64,000 nt of DNA from Veleropilina oligotropha (Eukaryota): positions 248,001 through 312,000 of the forward strand of contig JBEUKZ010000093.1 of NCBI GenBank assembly GCA_048128005.1, in the 5' to 3' direction. Each line of letters starts with the position of its first letter. Within the stretch, counting starts at the first letter, position 1. This document shows, piece by piece, positions 43,640 to 53,500 of the stretch. The notes under the pieces were generated by a model, which worked only from the letters and a program-made list of their open reading frames with translations, was not told the DNA's origin and searched no databases. A program made the position numbers and the translations under genes.

Positions 43640-44953
43640 ATGGCGGAATTCGATAACCCCGCATTCGAGCCGGACGATCTCATCGACAACGATGATACCA
43701 TCATCGACGATACTGATGTGGATCTATCCACCGACCGGTTTATGCCTGTTCTTTCGGAACGGCCACAGGAAGGAACCAGCAGTCTTCAGCAAGAGCTCGT
43801 TCAGGGCGTGGTTGACGACTACTACAAAGCCCTGGCACAGGAGGGGCAGACCCCAGCCGCAGGGCGAGATTATTCAAAATTCAAGTATGTGAGGGGAAAA
43901 TTAGGGAGGGGGGGGAAATTGGTGATGACGGACTACCCCGACATCAATCTCATAAATTCTCGCACCGGCAACCCCTTGGCGTTGTCAACAATAGCTGGCC
44001 GGCCTGGTGGGGGTGATGCAATCCGTGAAGGGTTGGGTTTTGTACACTGGACGCGGGGGGGACAAAAGCCGTCCTCAAAAGCGGTTGCAGCTCTTCAGAC
44101 AGCCGACAACGAGTTGAGCGGTGCGGCCGCTAATGTCGAAAACATAGAACTGCGGGACTTGGGGCAGACTGCTACTGATGCCTCGGTAGCAATCCACACG
44201 ATGGAGACGAAATTCACTGATGCCGAGGTTGAAGAGATCTTAGGCACAATGGGGGACCCTCCATTAAATCTTCGCGAGCTTCGCGGACTTGACAAGGCGA
44301 TGCAGACCATCCGAGGCGAACTAACCAACAATCTAGCCAAACTAACGGCGCTGGACGAACACATAGAGCTGGAGAAGATGAAGCTCGATCAGGCAGATGA
44401 AGAGGGCGGTGTGGATGAGTTCATCCGTCGACGGATCGCGGAACGTCTGCGCGACCTGAATGATGAAAGAGCAGCTCGCCTAGAGGCAGCATCATCAAGC
44501 CGGGAGGCCCTTCGCTCTCAAATCAGCCGGATCCGAGAGATGATAAGTCGGATCCTGAACACCGACACAACGCTGGCCGAGCGTATCCGGACCCTGTTCC
44601 GCGAGCAAGGGGTCACGATCGCAACAATACTGACCGCTATCGGGCTCGCCATCTCGACTTTGGTACTAGCCCTGACAGGTGGAGCAACAAGCCCGCCAAC
44701 GCCACCACCACCTCCCAGTGGTCAGGGCGGGGTCAAGGAGTGGGTCAAAAAGCAGCTGCAGAACCTGGGAAGGATTCTAGGCAAACTAGCAGGGAAGGCC
44801 GCAGCCGCGCTCCCAGGAATACTTGGAAGCCTGGTCTCCTGGCTAATCAACCTGATTGGCAAGACTGCGTCGTGGCTCGCCGAAAACCTGTGGGCACTGG
44901 TCATATCAGTTGGGGGCTTGCTTCTTATTGCCGCTAGACAGTGGGTCACGTAA
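43640..44953 (+). CDS. Viral coiled-coil membrane protein
   Basis: Acidic N-terminus, long heptad region, hydrophobic segment, poly-Pro, amphipathic helix and C-terminal TM. Confidence 0.8.
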   Translation: MAEFDNPAFEPDDLIDNDDTIIDDTDVDLSTDRFMPVLSERPQEGTSSLQQELVQGVVDDYYKALAQEGQTPAAGRDYSKFKYVRGKLGRGGKLVMTDYPDINLINSRTGNPLALSTIAGRPGGGDAIREGLGFVHWTRGGQKPSSKAVAALQTADNELSGAAANVENIELRDLGQTATDASVAIHTMETKFTDAEVEEILGTMGDPPLNLRELRGLDKAMQTIRGELTNNLAKLTALDEHIELEKMKLDQADEEGGVDEFIRRRIAERLRDLNDERAARLEAASSSREALRSQISRIREMISRILNTDTTLAERIRTLFREQGVTIATILTAIGLAISTLVLALTGGATSPPTPPPPPSGQGGVKEWVKKQLQNLGRILGKLAGKAAAALPGILGSLVSWLINLIGKTASWLAENLWALVISVGGLLLIAARQWVT

Positions 44954-46229
44954 GCCAAATGAACGCTAGGCCAACGACAATGCCGCCCACGATAAGTGCG
45001 GTTTTCTCCTCGTCATGTGCCGCTGGAACAGCCGCCACTGGGGCCACAGCTGGCAGAGAGCTTGGATGCTTCGGAGTAACTACCGGTATGCTTGCATCTG
45101 CGTCTTGTAGAATAACCAGTCCTGTTTCTCCAGTATCCCCAGTGGCGTTGGGCGGCACAGGATTGGCCGCGTTCACCGTAGTATTAAGACCGAGTGTCTG
45201 GTCTTCCGTGGCGACGACGATCTCATTGTTATAACCAGCCACCTGCCCGATCCGTAGAAGCATGTTACTTGGCGCCATGTACAGGCCAACGCCGAATACG
45301 AAGTCCACTTTGGACCTCGCATACTGGAGCACCTCTTGGTACCGTTTGATGGCTGCTGGGAGGTCAACGGGGGATGCGATGGCGTCTTCCACGTTCGCCA
45401 GGAACTGTTTCTGTGCGTCAAACGCCGTCCCACTACCCAGAATACTTGCACGTGTTTGAGCCTGCGCTCCAAGAATAGCCCAGACGTAGGTCCTGATGGA
45501 ATCATTGAGCCTTTCCACGCCGGCCCTCGTGAATCCCACCGACCTGTCCAGAATAAAAGTAGCCCAACCGTTTTTAAGTGCAGGCGCTTGCGCGATGTAG
45601 TCCACGTGCAGATTCGTGTTGGTCGTACCTTTAGTGAAGGACATTCGGCTTGGATCATAGTCACGTCCGATGGGGTGGTAGCCGTTGTTCGTCCAGTAGC
45701 TGTAAGCGGTGCCTAGTCCGCCGTTGGGACCCTTGACACGCCAGTCGGTATGGGGAGACACCCCAAATTCGCTGCAGATCTTCTCATATGCCCTGCGGTC
45801 ATACGGGTTGTCGAATGCATCCCACGTCCGGTCCTGTGGCAGCGGCGCCTGAATTTCGGATAAGATTCGTCTGACCTGATAGTAGACGTGGAAGGTGAAT
45901 ACAGCAGTGGAGAGGGGGTCGGTCGCATTTAAGTGGTCTTCTGAGGAGATTCCGGAACCTGTTGTGGCACACCAAACTGCGAAATTGACCTTGTTCTGCC
46001 AGAACCTCATCGGCGTGCTGTTCCAATCCCTTATCAGCCCGTCACTAGCGACATGAGGGAGGCGGTATTTCTGAAAGACGTCAGGGTATGTTGCCCCGAA
46101 TGTAGTGGTTGAGCTATTACCCACATTGATGCTTGGTCTCGTAAGCTGCTCATCTTTGATCTTTGCTGGGTACACCACACCGGTCGGATAGGCCGCACTC
46201 CTATTAAACGCAAAGGCGCTCTTAGCCAT
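44946..46229 (-). CDS. Viral protein of unknown function with a C-terminal membrane anchor
   Basis: 427 aa, aromatic-rich globular region, C-terminal ALIVGGIVVGLAFIWLT. Confidence 0.8.
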   Translation of the reverse strand: MAKSAFAFNRSAAYPTGVVYPAKIKDEQLTRPSINVGNSSTTTFGATYPDVFQKYRLPHVASDGLIRDWNSTPMRFWQNKVNFAVWCATTGSGISSEDHLNATDPLSTAVFTFHVYYQVRRILSEIQAPLPQDRTWDAFDNPYDRRAYEKICSEFGVSPHTDWRVKGPNGGLGTAYSYWTNNGYHPIGRDYDPSRMSFTKGTTNTNLHVDYIAQAPALKNGWATFILDRSVGFTRAGVERLNDSIRTYVWAILGAQAQTRASILGSGTAFDAQKQFLANVEDAIASPVDLPAAIKRYQEVLQYARSKVDFVFGVGLYMAPSNMLLRIGQVAGYNNEIVVATEDQTLGLNTTVNAANPVPPNATGDTGETGLVILQDADASIPVVTPKHPSSLPAVAPVAAVPAAHDEEKTALIVGGIVVGLAFIWLT

Positions 46230-46236
46230 AGCTACT

Positions 46237-46977
46237 ATGTTTCACACATTAACAAACGTTCAAGAGGGGACCGCGGTTGCCCTCCTGGAGCCGATTGATA
46301 ACCGGGACGGCAAGCTATGTGTCAGCTTGCAGTCGCTCGACTATTGGGTAGGCTGGCACAATGTGCATGCCGGAGCCTTCTTTAAGACCCCGGATACCAC
46401 GGTCGACGTGGCACCAGGTTTCTACAGCTTCGATGACCTCGCCAAGACGATGAAGAGGTCGCTAGTTAACATACAGCTAGATGTAAGCCATGCTACAGGG
46501 CTCGCCCGAATCGTGGTCCCAGAGGGGACTCGACTCGCGATAAGCGACGATATACGAAAACTCCTCGGCTTAAACCTGTCTTCGTTTATTCTCGATAAAG
46601 CAGGGAATCTGAACCCACCGGTTCGGGGAGTACAGGGCCAACCACCTCCCCCTCCGGAGAGATCCGAGTGGCTACGCCCTGGGACTTATGACGGGAATAA
46701 GCCTGTCGGGTTTGCCATAGCGCCAACCCTGCACGTTCACCTGGAGCAGCTTAGTACAACGCACAATGTGCAGGACGGCGCCCCGAGCACTATTCTCGCG
46801 GTGGTCCCTATCACGTCGCAGATGTTCGGTGAAGCTGGCCACTATCATAGCTATCCCGCCGGCCGGCGACTACAGGCCGGGCTAATCACAGAGTTGAAGG
46901 TTTACATCACAGACTCAGACAGTAACCTGCTAGACAATCACGGCATGCCTATTTCCGCAGTCCTTGCGATACAATGA
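46237..46977 (+). CDS. Probable minor capsid (penton, single jelly-roll) protein
   Basis: 246 aa, beta-rich; GFYS, STILAVVP and ITELKVYITDSDSNLLDNHG resemble the Polinton penton C-terminal pattern. Confidence 0.7.
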   Translation: MFHTLTNVQEGTAVALLEPIDNRDGKLCVSLQSLDYWVGWHNVHAGAFFKTPDTTVDVAPGFYSFDDLAKTMKRSLVNIQLDVSHATGLARIVVPEGTRLAISDDIRKLLGLNLSSFILDKAGNLNPPVRGVQGQPPPPPERSEWLRPGTYDGNKPVGFAIAPTLHVHLEQLSTTHNVQDGAPSTILAVVPITSQMFGEAGHYHSYPAGRRLQAGLITELKVYITDSDSNLLDNHGMPISAVLAIQ

Positions 46978-47324
46978 GCAGCATCTACGGGACCCTGCTT
47001 GCAGACGAGCCCTCTTCCCCCCCGACCCGGTGGCACTTTGTCCTTAATTGTGGGGTAGCGCCCAATAAGGGGCTGGCGAGGAGGGAGTTCATGTTTCCAA
47101 ACACTAGAGGTCGGTTCGGGTTGAACCCAGCCCTTCTAATGATCCACCTGACGCCGGTCCAGCCGGCCGGGGGCCCCAAGGCATGTTCCATAAGTAAACT
47201 CAGCCTGGATTCGGATAAGTTAACCCTCGCCTTTGTCATCAAGGCCCCGTGGGTCGGCACTCTGTATTTGAACGTTACAGTAGACATTTTAAACAAACAG
47301 GCGGAACAATACAGCCACGTATGA
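46974..47324 (+). CDS. Hypothetical viral protein
   Basis: ATGA overlaps with both the upstream and the downstream gene. Confidence 0.65.
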   Translation: MSSIYGTLLADEPSSPPTRWHFVLNCGVAPNKGLARREFMFPNTRGRFGLNPALLMIHLTPVQPAGGPKACSISKLSLDSDKLTLAFVIKAPWVGTLYLNVTVDILNKQAEQYSHV

Positions 47325-47956
47325 TGGACAACAAACCCTCAGCGCCAACGCTGTACCCACAACTTGGTGGTGATGTGCCTTCGGAACTGCATGAGGCACA
47401 GTCCTTCCGACTACAGAAAGTGAATGAGCTTCAGGGACAGCTAGAGCGAGAACGGGATGCCCGGGCTGCACTATATAAAAAGTACCGACGAGGTGTTAAC
47501 GTCGTTGACGGTATAGATAACGGACTAGTCGTCGCCACACTTGGTATGGGTAGCGCTGGAATTGGTCTACTGTCCACAATTGTAGCCGCCCCGGTCGTCC
47601 TAGTGCTGGAACTAGCGGCATTAGGGTGTGGGCTCGCTAGTATGGGTGGAAAGTATATCAGCCGGCGCCTCGGGGTGAAGGCTAAGAAACACGACGAGAT
47701 TCGAGTCCTGGCCGACAGCAAGCTGAATACCATAACCGACCACGTCTCAAAGGCATTATCGGACGGGGTGATGTCTGATGATGAATTCCAACTGGTCACA
47801 GGGGAGATGCAGAAATACCAAGCCATGAAGGCATCAATCCGGGATAAGAGTAGGAAGGCGCACACCGCGATTTCACAGACCCAAAGCGAGCTTATTGAGC
47901 GTGGTCGTTTAGAGGGTCGCGCAGAGCTGCTGAAAAAAATCGGAGCTGGCGACTAA
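47321..47956 (+). CDS. Viral membrane protein (coiled coil - hydrophobic hairpin - coiled coil)
   Basis: PSAP motif near the N-terminus, FRLQKVNELQGQLERE, and two Gly/Ala-rich hydrophobic segments. Confidence 0.78.
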   Translation: MMDNKPSAPTLYPQLGGDVPSELHEAQSFRLQKVNELQGQLERERDARAALYKKYRRGVNVVDGIDNGLVVATLGMGSAGIGLLSTIVAAPVVLVLELAALGCGLASMGGKYISRRLGVKAKKHDEIRVLADSKLNTITDHVSKALSDGVMSDDEFQLVTGEMQKYQAMKASIRDKSRKAHTAISQTQSELIERGRLEGRAELLKKIGAGD

Positions 47957-48038
47957 CTATCCAGGTTGAGCGTAGCCACGACTATCCCGCTCCTCCCCCG
48001 TATTAAAGCTAGAAATCGACAGTGGTATCTGGACAACC

Positions 48039-48470
48039 ATGAAATCCATGAAATCTATGCTACTGTGTATTGCCGCGGTGTGCTGGCTAGGGGGTGTGTC
48101 TACCCAGGCGTCGACACACAACACTGCATTAATTCTGGAACATACGTGGACTAGGTACCGAAATCATCCCAGGTATAACGCCCGATTTGACCCCTTACGT
48201 AGAAACTTGCTTCTTCGCCCGGGTAGAGACCCCACCCCTGATGTCTCTCCACCGTCATGCCACTATTTTATTATCGGAGAGAATGACTGTAGCCCTGCCA
48301 CACCAAGAGATACTGTCACATGTGTCCAGTGTTCGACCCCCTCGTTATGTCCTGGAAAAAATGGGGAGTATTATACCATGCTGTCTGGCTGCTTCGGTGT
48401 GTGGAGAAAAGTCGGACACATCTCACCCTGTAATTGTACTTTAATATCGGGCAACTATATATTCATATAA
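48039..48470 (+). CDS. Putative secreted cysteine-rich protein
   Basis: Signal-peptide-like MKSMLLCIAAVCWLGGVSTQA; eight Cys in the C-terminal half. Confidence 0.6.
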   Translation: MKSMKSMLLCIAAVCWLGGVSTQASTHNTALILEHTWTRYRNHPRYNARFDPLRRNLLLRPGRDPTPDVSPPSCHYFIIGENDCSPATPRDTVTCVQCSTPSLCPGKNGEYYTMLSGCFGVWRKVGHISPCNCTLISGNYIFI

Positions 48471-49277
48471 ACCAGCTGCTCCTGCATTAAAACATATTTT
48501 TCCGGCTTTCCCCTGCGTATATTGTACCATTCAAAGTTGGTTGAAGTTCACGCAGGGGCTGCTTCACCTCTTTGTCTGATTGCGCTTGTAAAAAAAAGAT
48601 AAAATTGAAAAACTCGAAAAAAATATTCTGTTTATTATTATTATTGCTTAAGTATGTATCATTGATGTCTCTCCTGTATATTCTTGTGTACATTGTACTG
48701 TAATATTAGTTATAGTTTGTACTGCGCTTAGAGCTACACTAGGAGAGACATCAATGTATTAAATAATAATATTAATATCCCAGCCAGCCATCTACTTGGT
48801 TCATTCGTGCCCGATTTATGAATGGCAACAGTCGTTAAAAGCATGACACGCCATTTCTATAGTACTATAGAAATGCTGTCTGGCTGCTTCTGCGCGTATG
48901 AATGAAATACCTCGCAGTCCCGAGTCGACCCAGATATAAAAATTTACTGGCTCAAGTCAAGAAAGATTGGCCCAGATTTCTTTTTCTGGTCCCCAACATT
49001 CTGTTTGGCACAGAAATAATATATCGGTCCCCGTGTTTACATGGTAGACAGTAATCTAGTGGAGTCATGGTCACGTGGCAATACAGCCTTCTAGAATGAT
49101 CACAGATCGTCAACAAGTATGTGTACGTGGAAAGCTCTAGAACGAACAGAGCTCGTCAACAAGTTATATATGGAAATGTGGCAATAAACTGATCTAGAAG
49201 GCTGTAGAAGGCTGGAGGGGGATTAGTGATATGAGTTTCGGCCGAAATGTCCACAGGTAAGTGTTTTAATTTAATTT

Positions 49278-49491
49278 ACTATTCTAAGCTACCCTAGTTT
49301 GTACACACGGTGACTTTTTGTAATACAATCCCTACCCCTGGGGTCTGAAATATAGCTGGGAGCCTTCCCGGTCGCCCCGGGGCCCTAGTCTAAACTCCCC
49401 TGCTGACTAGTCCGAGCTACCCTGAGTTCTGAAATAGTGCTGGGCGCTGTATTTTCCCATTCTAAAAAGTCCAATCACCCCCCCTGCTGCT
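49278..49491 (-). repeat. Right TIR of the Polinton-like virus
   Basis: Inverted match to 33634-33847. Confidence 0.92.
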
Positions 49492-50299
49492 GAGGGCGCC
49501 ACTAAATCTGGAGCTATTTCAGTTATGTCATCAGTCAGCGGTCCCCTTGATATTTAGGTCTATGATATGAATTATATGCACAAAGTCAATAATTGACGTC
49601 ATCTCACACAGGCTCTGGGGAGTAGCCTATAAAGACGTCACTAGGGGTGACGTCACAAATGACGTTTGTACACAATGAGTTAATTAAATTAGGATAATTA
49701 AAAAATTCGAAAGAACAACAACATGGCCGCCACATTGTCTTTGAAAAAGCCATAACTCGAGACATACGTGGCGTACAGACCTGAAATTTGCGGCATTTGA
49801 TTCAGAGTGGCCATATGTATATATTAGTAAAATTCATACACAACACTTATAGATTGCGGGTGTGGAATGACATTCACGATGGCCACGTCTGAGAGATTCC
49901 TTGTGATCTCTCAAGACAGGCCATTTCTTAACGGAATGTTATCAAATTTGGTATGTGCAGTGGTTTGGGAGAGTACACGGCACCTAGAAATTTTGGGTAT
50001 GGTCCGACCTCCAAAATGGCCGATATGGCCTCCATCATGGATCTTAAAGCCAGTGAGGCAACACTTTATACATATGATGGACGTATTATGATGTAGTTAT
50101 ACTGCGAGCGAAAAATCTATTGGGCATAAGACAAGCTGGCTGCGGGCTATAGGACGCGATCAGCTTGAAGCCCTCTACAGCTGCTTTAATTTTTCTAATG
50201 AATTTCGATTTAGATAATGCTTCAATTTGCGCATTATTGCAATGCATGCAGCTGCTTTTAAAAATATTTTGTTGATATTTAGGTTTCATTTGCCATCAG

Positions 50300-50450
50300 G
50301 CTGACCAGTTACGGGCCAACTGTGATGCATAACTTGAATAAATGTGTGATGTCCATGCCGAGGTTTGAACCCACTACTGTTCACGTCATTGGAATCAAGC
50401 CAGTGATTTACGGAGTCTGCCACCGAACCCACACGGCTGTCGAAGCGGCC
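50300..50450 (-). mobile_element. Degenerate family-A-related SINE
   Basis: ATAACTTGAATAAATGTG...GAACCCACTACTGTTC...CGAAGCGGCC. Confidence 0.6.
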
Positions 50451-50611
50451 TGTTTTTAACAACCCTTATGTTCAAACCATATGTCCATATATTAACGCGG
50501 GAGGAATGCCGCTCGACCAGGAAAACCAACCCTCATGGGCAACTGTGAAGGGTAATTGAACAAAGAATGTCTTTACCCCAACTGACGTTTAAAATCACTC
50601 CTGTTAGACAG

Positions 50612-51670
50612 GAAGGAGGGAGGAATGATGCTTAATGTCCTGTATATTTACAACATCGAGGTTCAAGGCAGGACATGTTATATAGCATATATGCATAAAG
50701 TACCCAATAAATGCATATTTTTGCAATAATTTGTTGCGAAAGTTATATACACGACCTACAAATACTCCTGGGAATGTGTGTACCAATTTTGGTGAAACTT
50801 GAGCCGGTAGTTTTCAAATAAATCGACGGATATATATATATATATAAGTATATGTATATACACACGGACCATTTGATAATTTCTTGTCCTTTTTTACAAA
50901 AATGACGTCATTACGATGACGCTTTAGATTAATCGTCATTGAGTGACGTCACAATCTACGGGGTGGTAAACTACTTTATCCTGCCTCCGACAACATTCTA
51001 GTCCATTCATTGGTTACATGACGTCACGTGCTGACCATGTAAAATAACCATATCTAGTGCCTACGTTTCATATCACGCCAACGTAAAATGTCGAGTGACC
51101 TCGTTTTCCCGCCACCCGTACTCGCCCAGTCATTGGACAGATTTTGCAGAGCTACACCAACGGTCGCAATGGGTGTTTTGATATGATATTTTTGTATTAT
51201 GTTGCTATATAATGTACATCATAATACATAATTATTACGTTGTTGTATTGTGGCATATAACTATTATTACGGTATTGTTATGATTAAATTTGTTACTTTA
51301 TTTCCAATACATTTTGTTACGTTATTAACAATATATTTACTTATTTTCGTTTCTCAAAGTATTATGCAATAATATATTTGCAGGTCGTCGACAGGATAAA
51401 TACTTACATAGTTTGTTAGTGACCGAATACGGATTTTACCGGGGTCAGTGGAAATTTCATATTGGGCTCGGCTATCGCCTCGCCCAATATGAAATTTCCA
51501 CTGACCCCGGTAAAATCCGTATTCGGTCACTAACAAACTATGTAAGTTATAGTACATACACTTCGCCATTGTAACGTTATAACTGTTCTGAAAATGTGAC
51601 GGAAACAAAGAAATGTCGACATATTTCGAACGCGGCGTGGACACTCTACCCACTGCGCCGCCGAAGCGGC
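50612..51670 (-). mobile_element. Family A SINE whose middle is replaced by about 960 bp of unrelated DNA
   Basis: SINE tail at 50612-50678 and head at 51637-51670. TSD CTCCTGTTAGACAG at 50598-50611 and 51671-51684. Confidence 0.7.
51402..51547. repeat. Perfect 66-bp inverted repeat with a 14-nt spacer
   Basis: Arms at 51402-51467 and 51482-51547; spacer TCGGCTATCGCCTC. Confidence 0.92.
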
Positions 51671-51706
51671 CTCCTGTTAGACAGAGCAGTCAAGTAAGTG
51701 GATTCA

Positions 51707-51797
51707 GAGCCCACGCTAGAAACCACGCGGCTACCGGAGCCCACGCTAGAAACCACGCGGCTACCGGAGCCCACGCTAAAAACCACTCGGCCACCGG
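51707..51797. repeat. 30-bp tandem repeat x3
   Basis: GAGCCCACGCTAGAAACCACGCGGCTACCG. Confidence 0.85.
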
Positions 51798-51959
51798 ATT
51801 GGCAAAAAGGGCCCGTATAGCATCATTATATGATGGATTGAGCAATGAGGGTTAACAACAATGCCAACAATTTTTTGCAGTCAAATATTTTAAATGGTGA
51901 TGTATTCTCATGGTACTCTCCGGGACATGGCCCAGGTCAACATCTGGAAACGTTCTATG

Positions 51960-52172
51960 GCGGGGCAGCATGGCCGAGTAGATATGGTGCTGTTCTCCTA
52001 AACGGGAGGTAAAATGTTCAAGCCAAGGGAGTACCAGGGATTTTTCAGATGATCACTGTTTCCATTGCACACAGCACCAATTAATTTCATCATTCAAATT
52101 CTAAAGTTGATTGATCCGATTTATAACTGAAATACTGTTGGCGTGGTCTTTAAACATCATTTCATCATCATC
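51960..52172 (+). mobile_element. Degenerate tRNA-derived SINE (family C)
   Basis: Box A-like TGGCCGAGTAG, box B-like GTTCAAGCC, 3' end ATAACTGAAATACTGTTG...TAAACA and a (CAT)n tail. Confidence 0.55.
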
Positions 52173-52224
52173 ACAAACGATCAATCACGCATTTACTGCC
52201 CGCCATATACCAAATAGTTTTCAT

Positions 52225-53500
52225 ATGAAAATTTCAGTCTCAAGTCGATCAAATGATGTAATATCAAGATATTGAGGGATCGAACCCAGATCCACATTTA
52301 CCAATGTTTCATGATGACGAATCGTGATGTTAATGTCCGTTAGAGAAGAAAGTAAAGGTACATAACAAAGCGGATCGTCCCCTCTTGGGAACTAAACTAA
52401 TGCTATTGAGAACCATGTATGATTAATCTACAAATGATAAATAAGGACAAACGTGATTGTCATCGGCATATCAGGAGCCTGCAGAACATATTGGGAGGGT
52501 TGGATAGTACGAGTATGCATGTTCATATCTCTATGATCCAATGGCATAACGTCATCGCGCTCAACGCCTCCAGAAAAATGATAACCATGTTTGGTTTGGG
52601 TGGATTAACGTTCTGTTTTTGCAACCCATCAGATCCATACCAAGATATGTCAATATTATCGCAAGATCTCACGGTCCTGGGAAAATCCGCTCTCTCTGGT
52701 CCGCTATGGACATCTGTGACTGGTAAAGGGAATGCTATTGCACCAAATGAGATTAGAAAGTACTGCTACTAATAATAATTAAATAGAGCAATCAATTAAG
52801 TGAATGTAGAGTCAATACTTGAAACCAATTAACTACCGGAAAGGCCTCGCCTCATTTAAGTTCACTCGTGCAAATTAACTGTCACGGTATCCATACATAA
52901 ACATTACTCTTCATGTTACCGCATTTGATTGATTCACAGTTACTTTTTTACATGTACATTTCAGGCCTGTTTCATTGCAAGTTACATGCCATTCAATTAT
53001 TCTTTGATACGACACAATATCAGCCTCAAAGGAAAGGAAAGGCTCGATGCTGAATGTCATTTATATTTCCAAATTTTAAGTTCAAAGCAGAACATTTCCA
53101 TATTATCGGGGAAGGAAAGCCTGGTCATCTGGCGAAACATGCCATCTCATACCAGTGACAGACAACTGTGATTCACAACTTGAACAAATACTGTCATTTC
53201 CTAACCGAGGTTCGAACCCACTACTGTTCGAGTCAGCGGAATCAAGCCAGTGTTTTGTGGAGTCTGCAACTGAAACCACATGACTGTTGAACCAGCCATA
53301 TCAACCTAAGACATCTGTCGATGCAGCCATATCAACCTAAGACATCTGTCGATGCAGCCATATCAACCTAAGACATCTGTCGATGCAGCCATATCAACCT
53401 AAGACATTTCATTTTGGAACAATGGTCATTCAATACAATACAATATGTGTTTGTTAGTAAATAGCCAGATAGTGTTAGGTGTGGGATATCGCACATACAG
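52225..53500 (-). repeat. Inverted paralogous copy of the ZF gene 1 downstream region
   Basis: 52225-53040 matches the reverse complement of about 23900-24725, and 53406-53490 matches about 15290-15375. The SINE at about 53030-53290 is uninterrupted here. Confidence 0.85.
53293..53406. repeat. 31-bp tandem repeat x3.5
   Basis: CAGCCATATCAACCTAAGACATCTGTCGATG. Confidence 0.9.

Larger units (their letters stand above)
33634..49491. mobile_element. Complete endogenous Polinton/Maverick-like dsDNA virus (15,858 bp)
   Basis: 214-bp TIRs with AGCAGCAG...CTGCTGCT termini; 5-bp TSD GAGGG at 33629-33633 and 49492-49496. GC-rich, intronless, densely packed ORFs include integrase, ATPase, capsid-like genes and a polymerase-helicase. 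Confidence 0.93.

Noticed and set aside
34709..47865. Many short antisense and alternate-frame ORFs inside the viral genes
   Set aside because: Expected shadows of GC-rich coding DNA; no motifs recognised.
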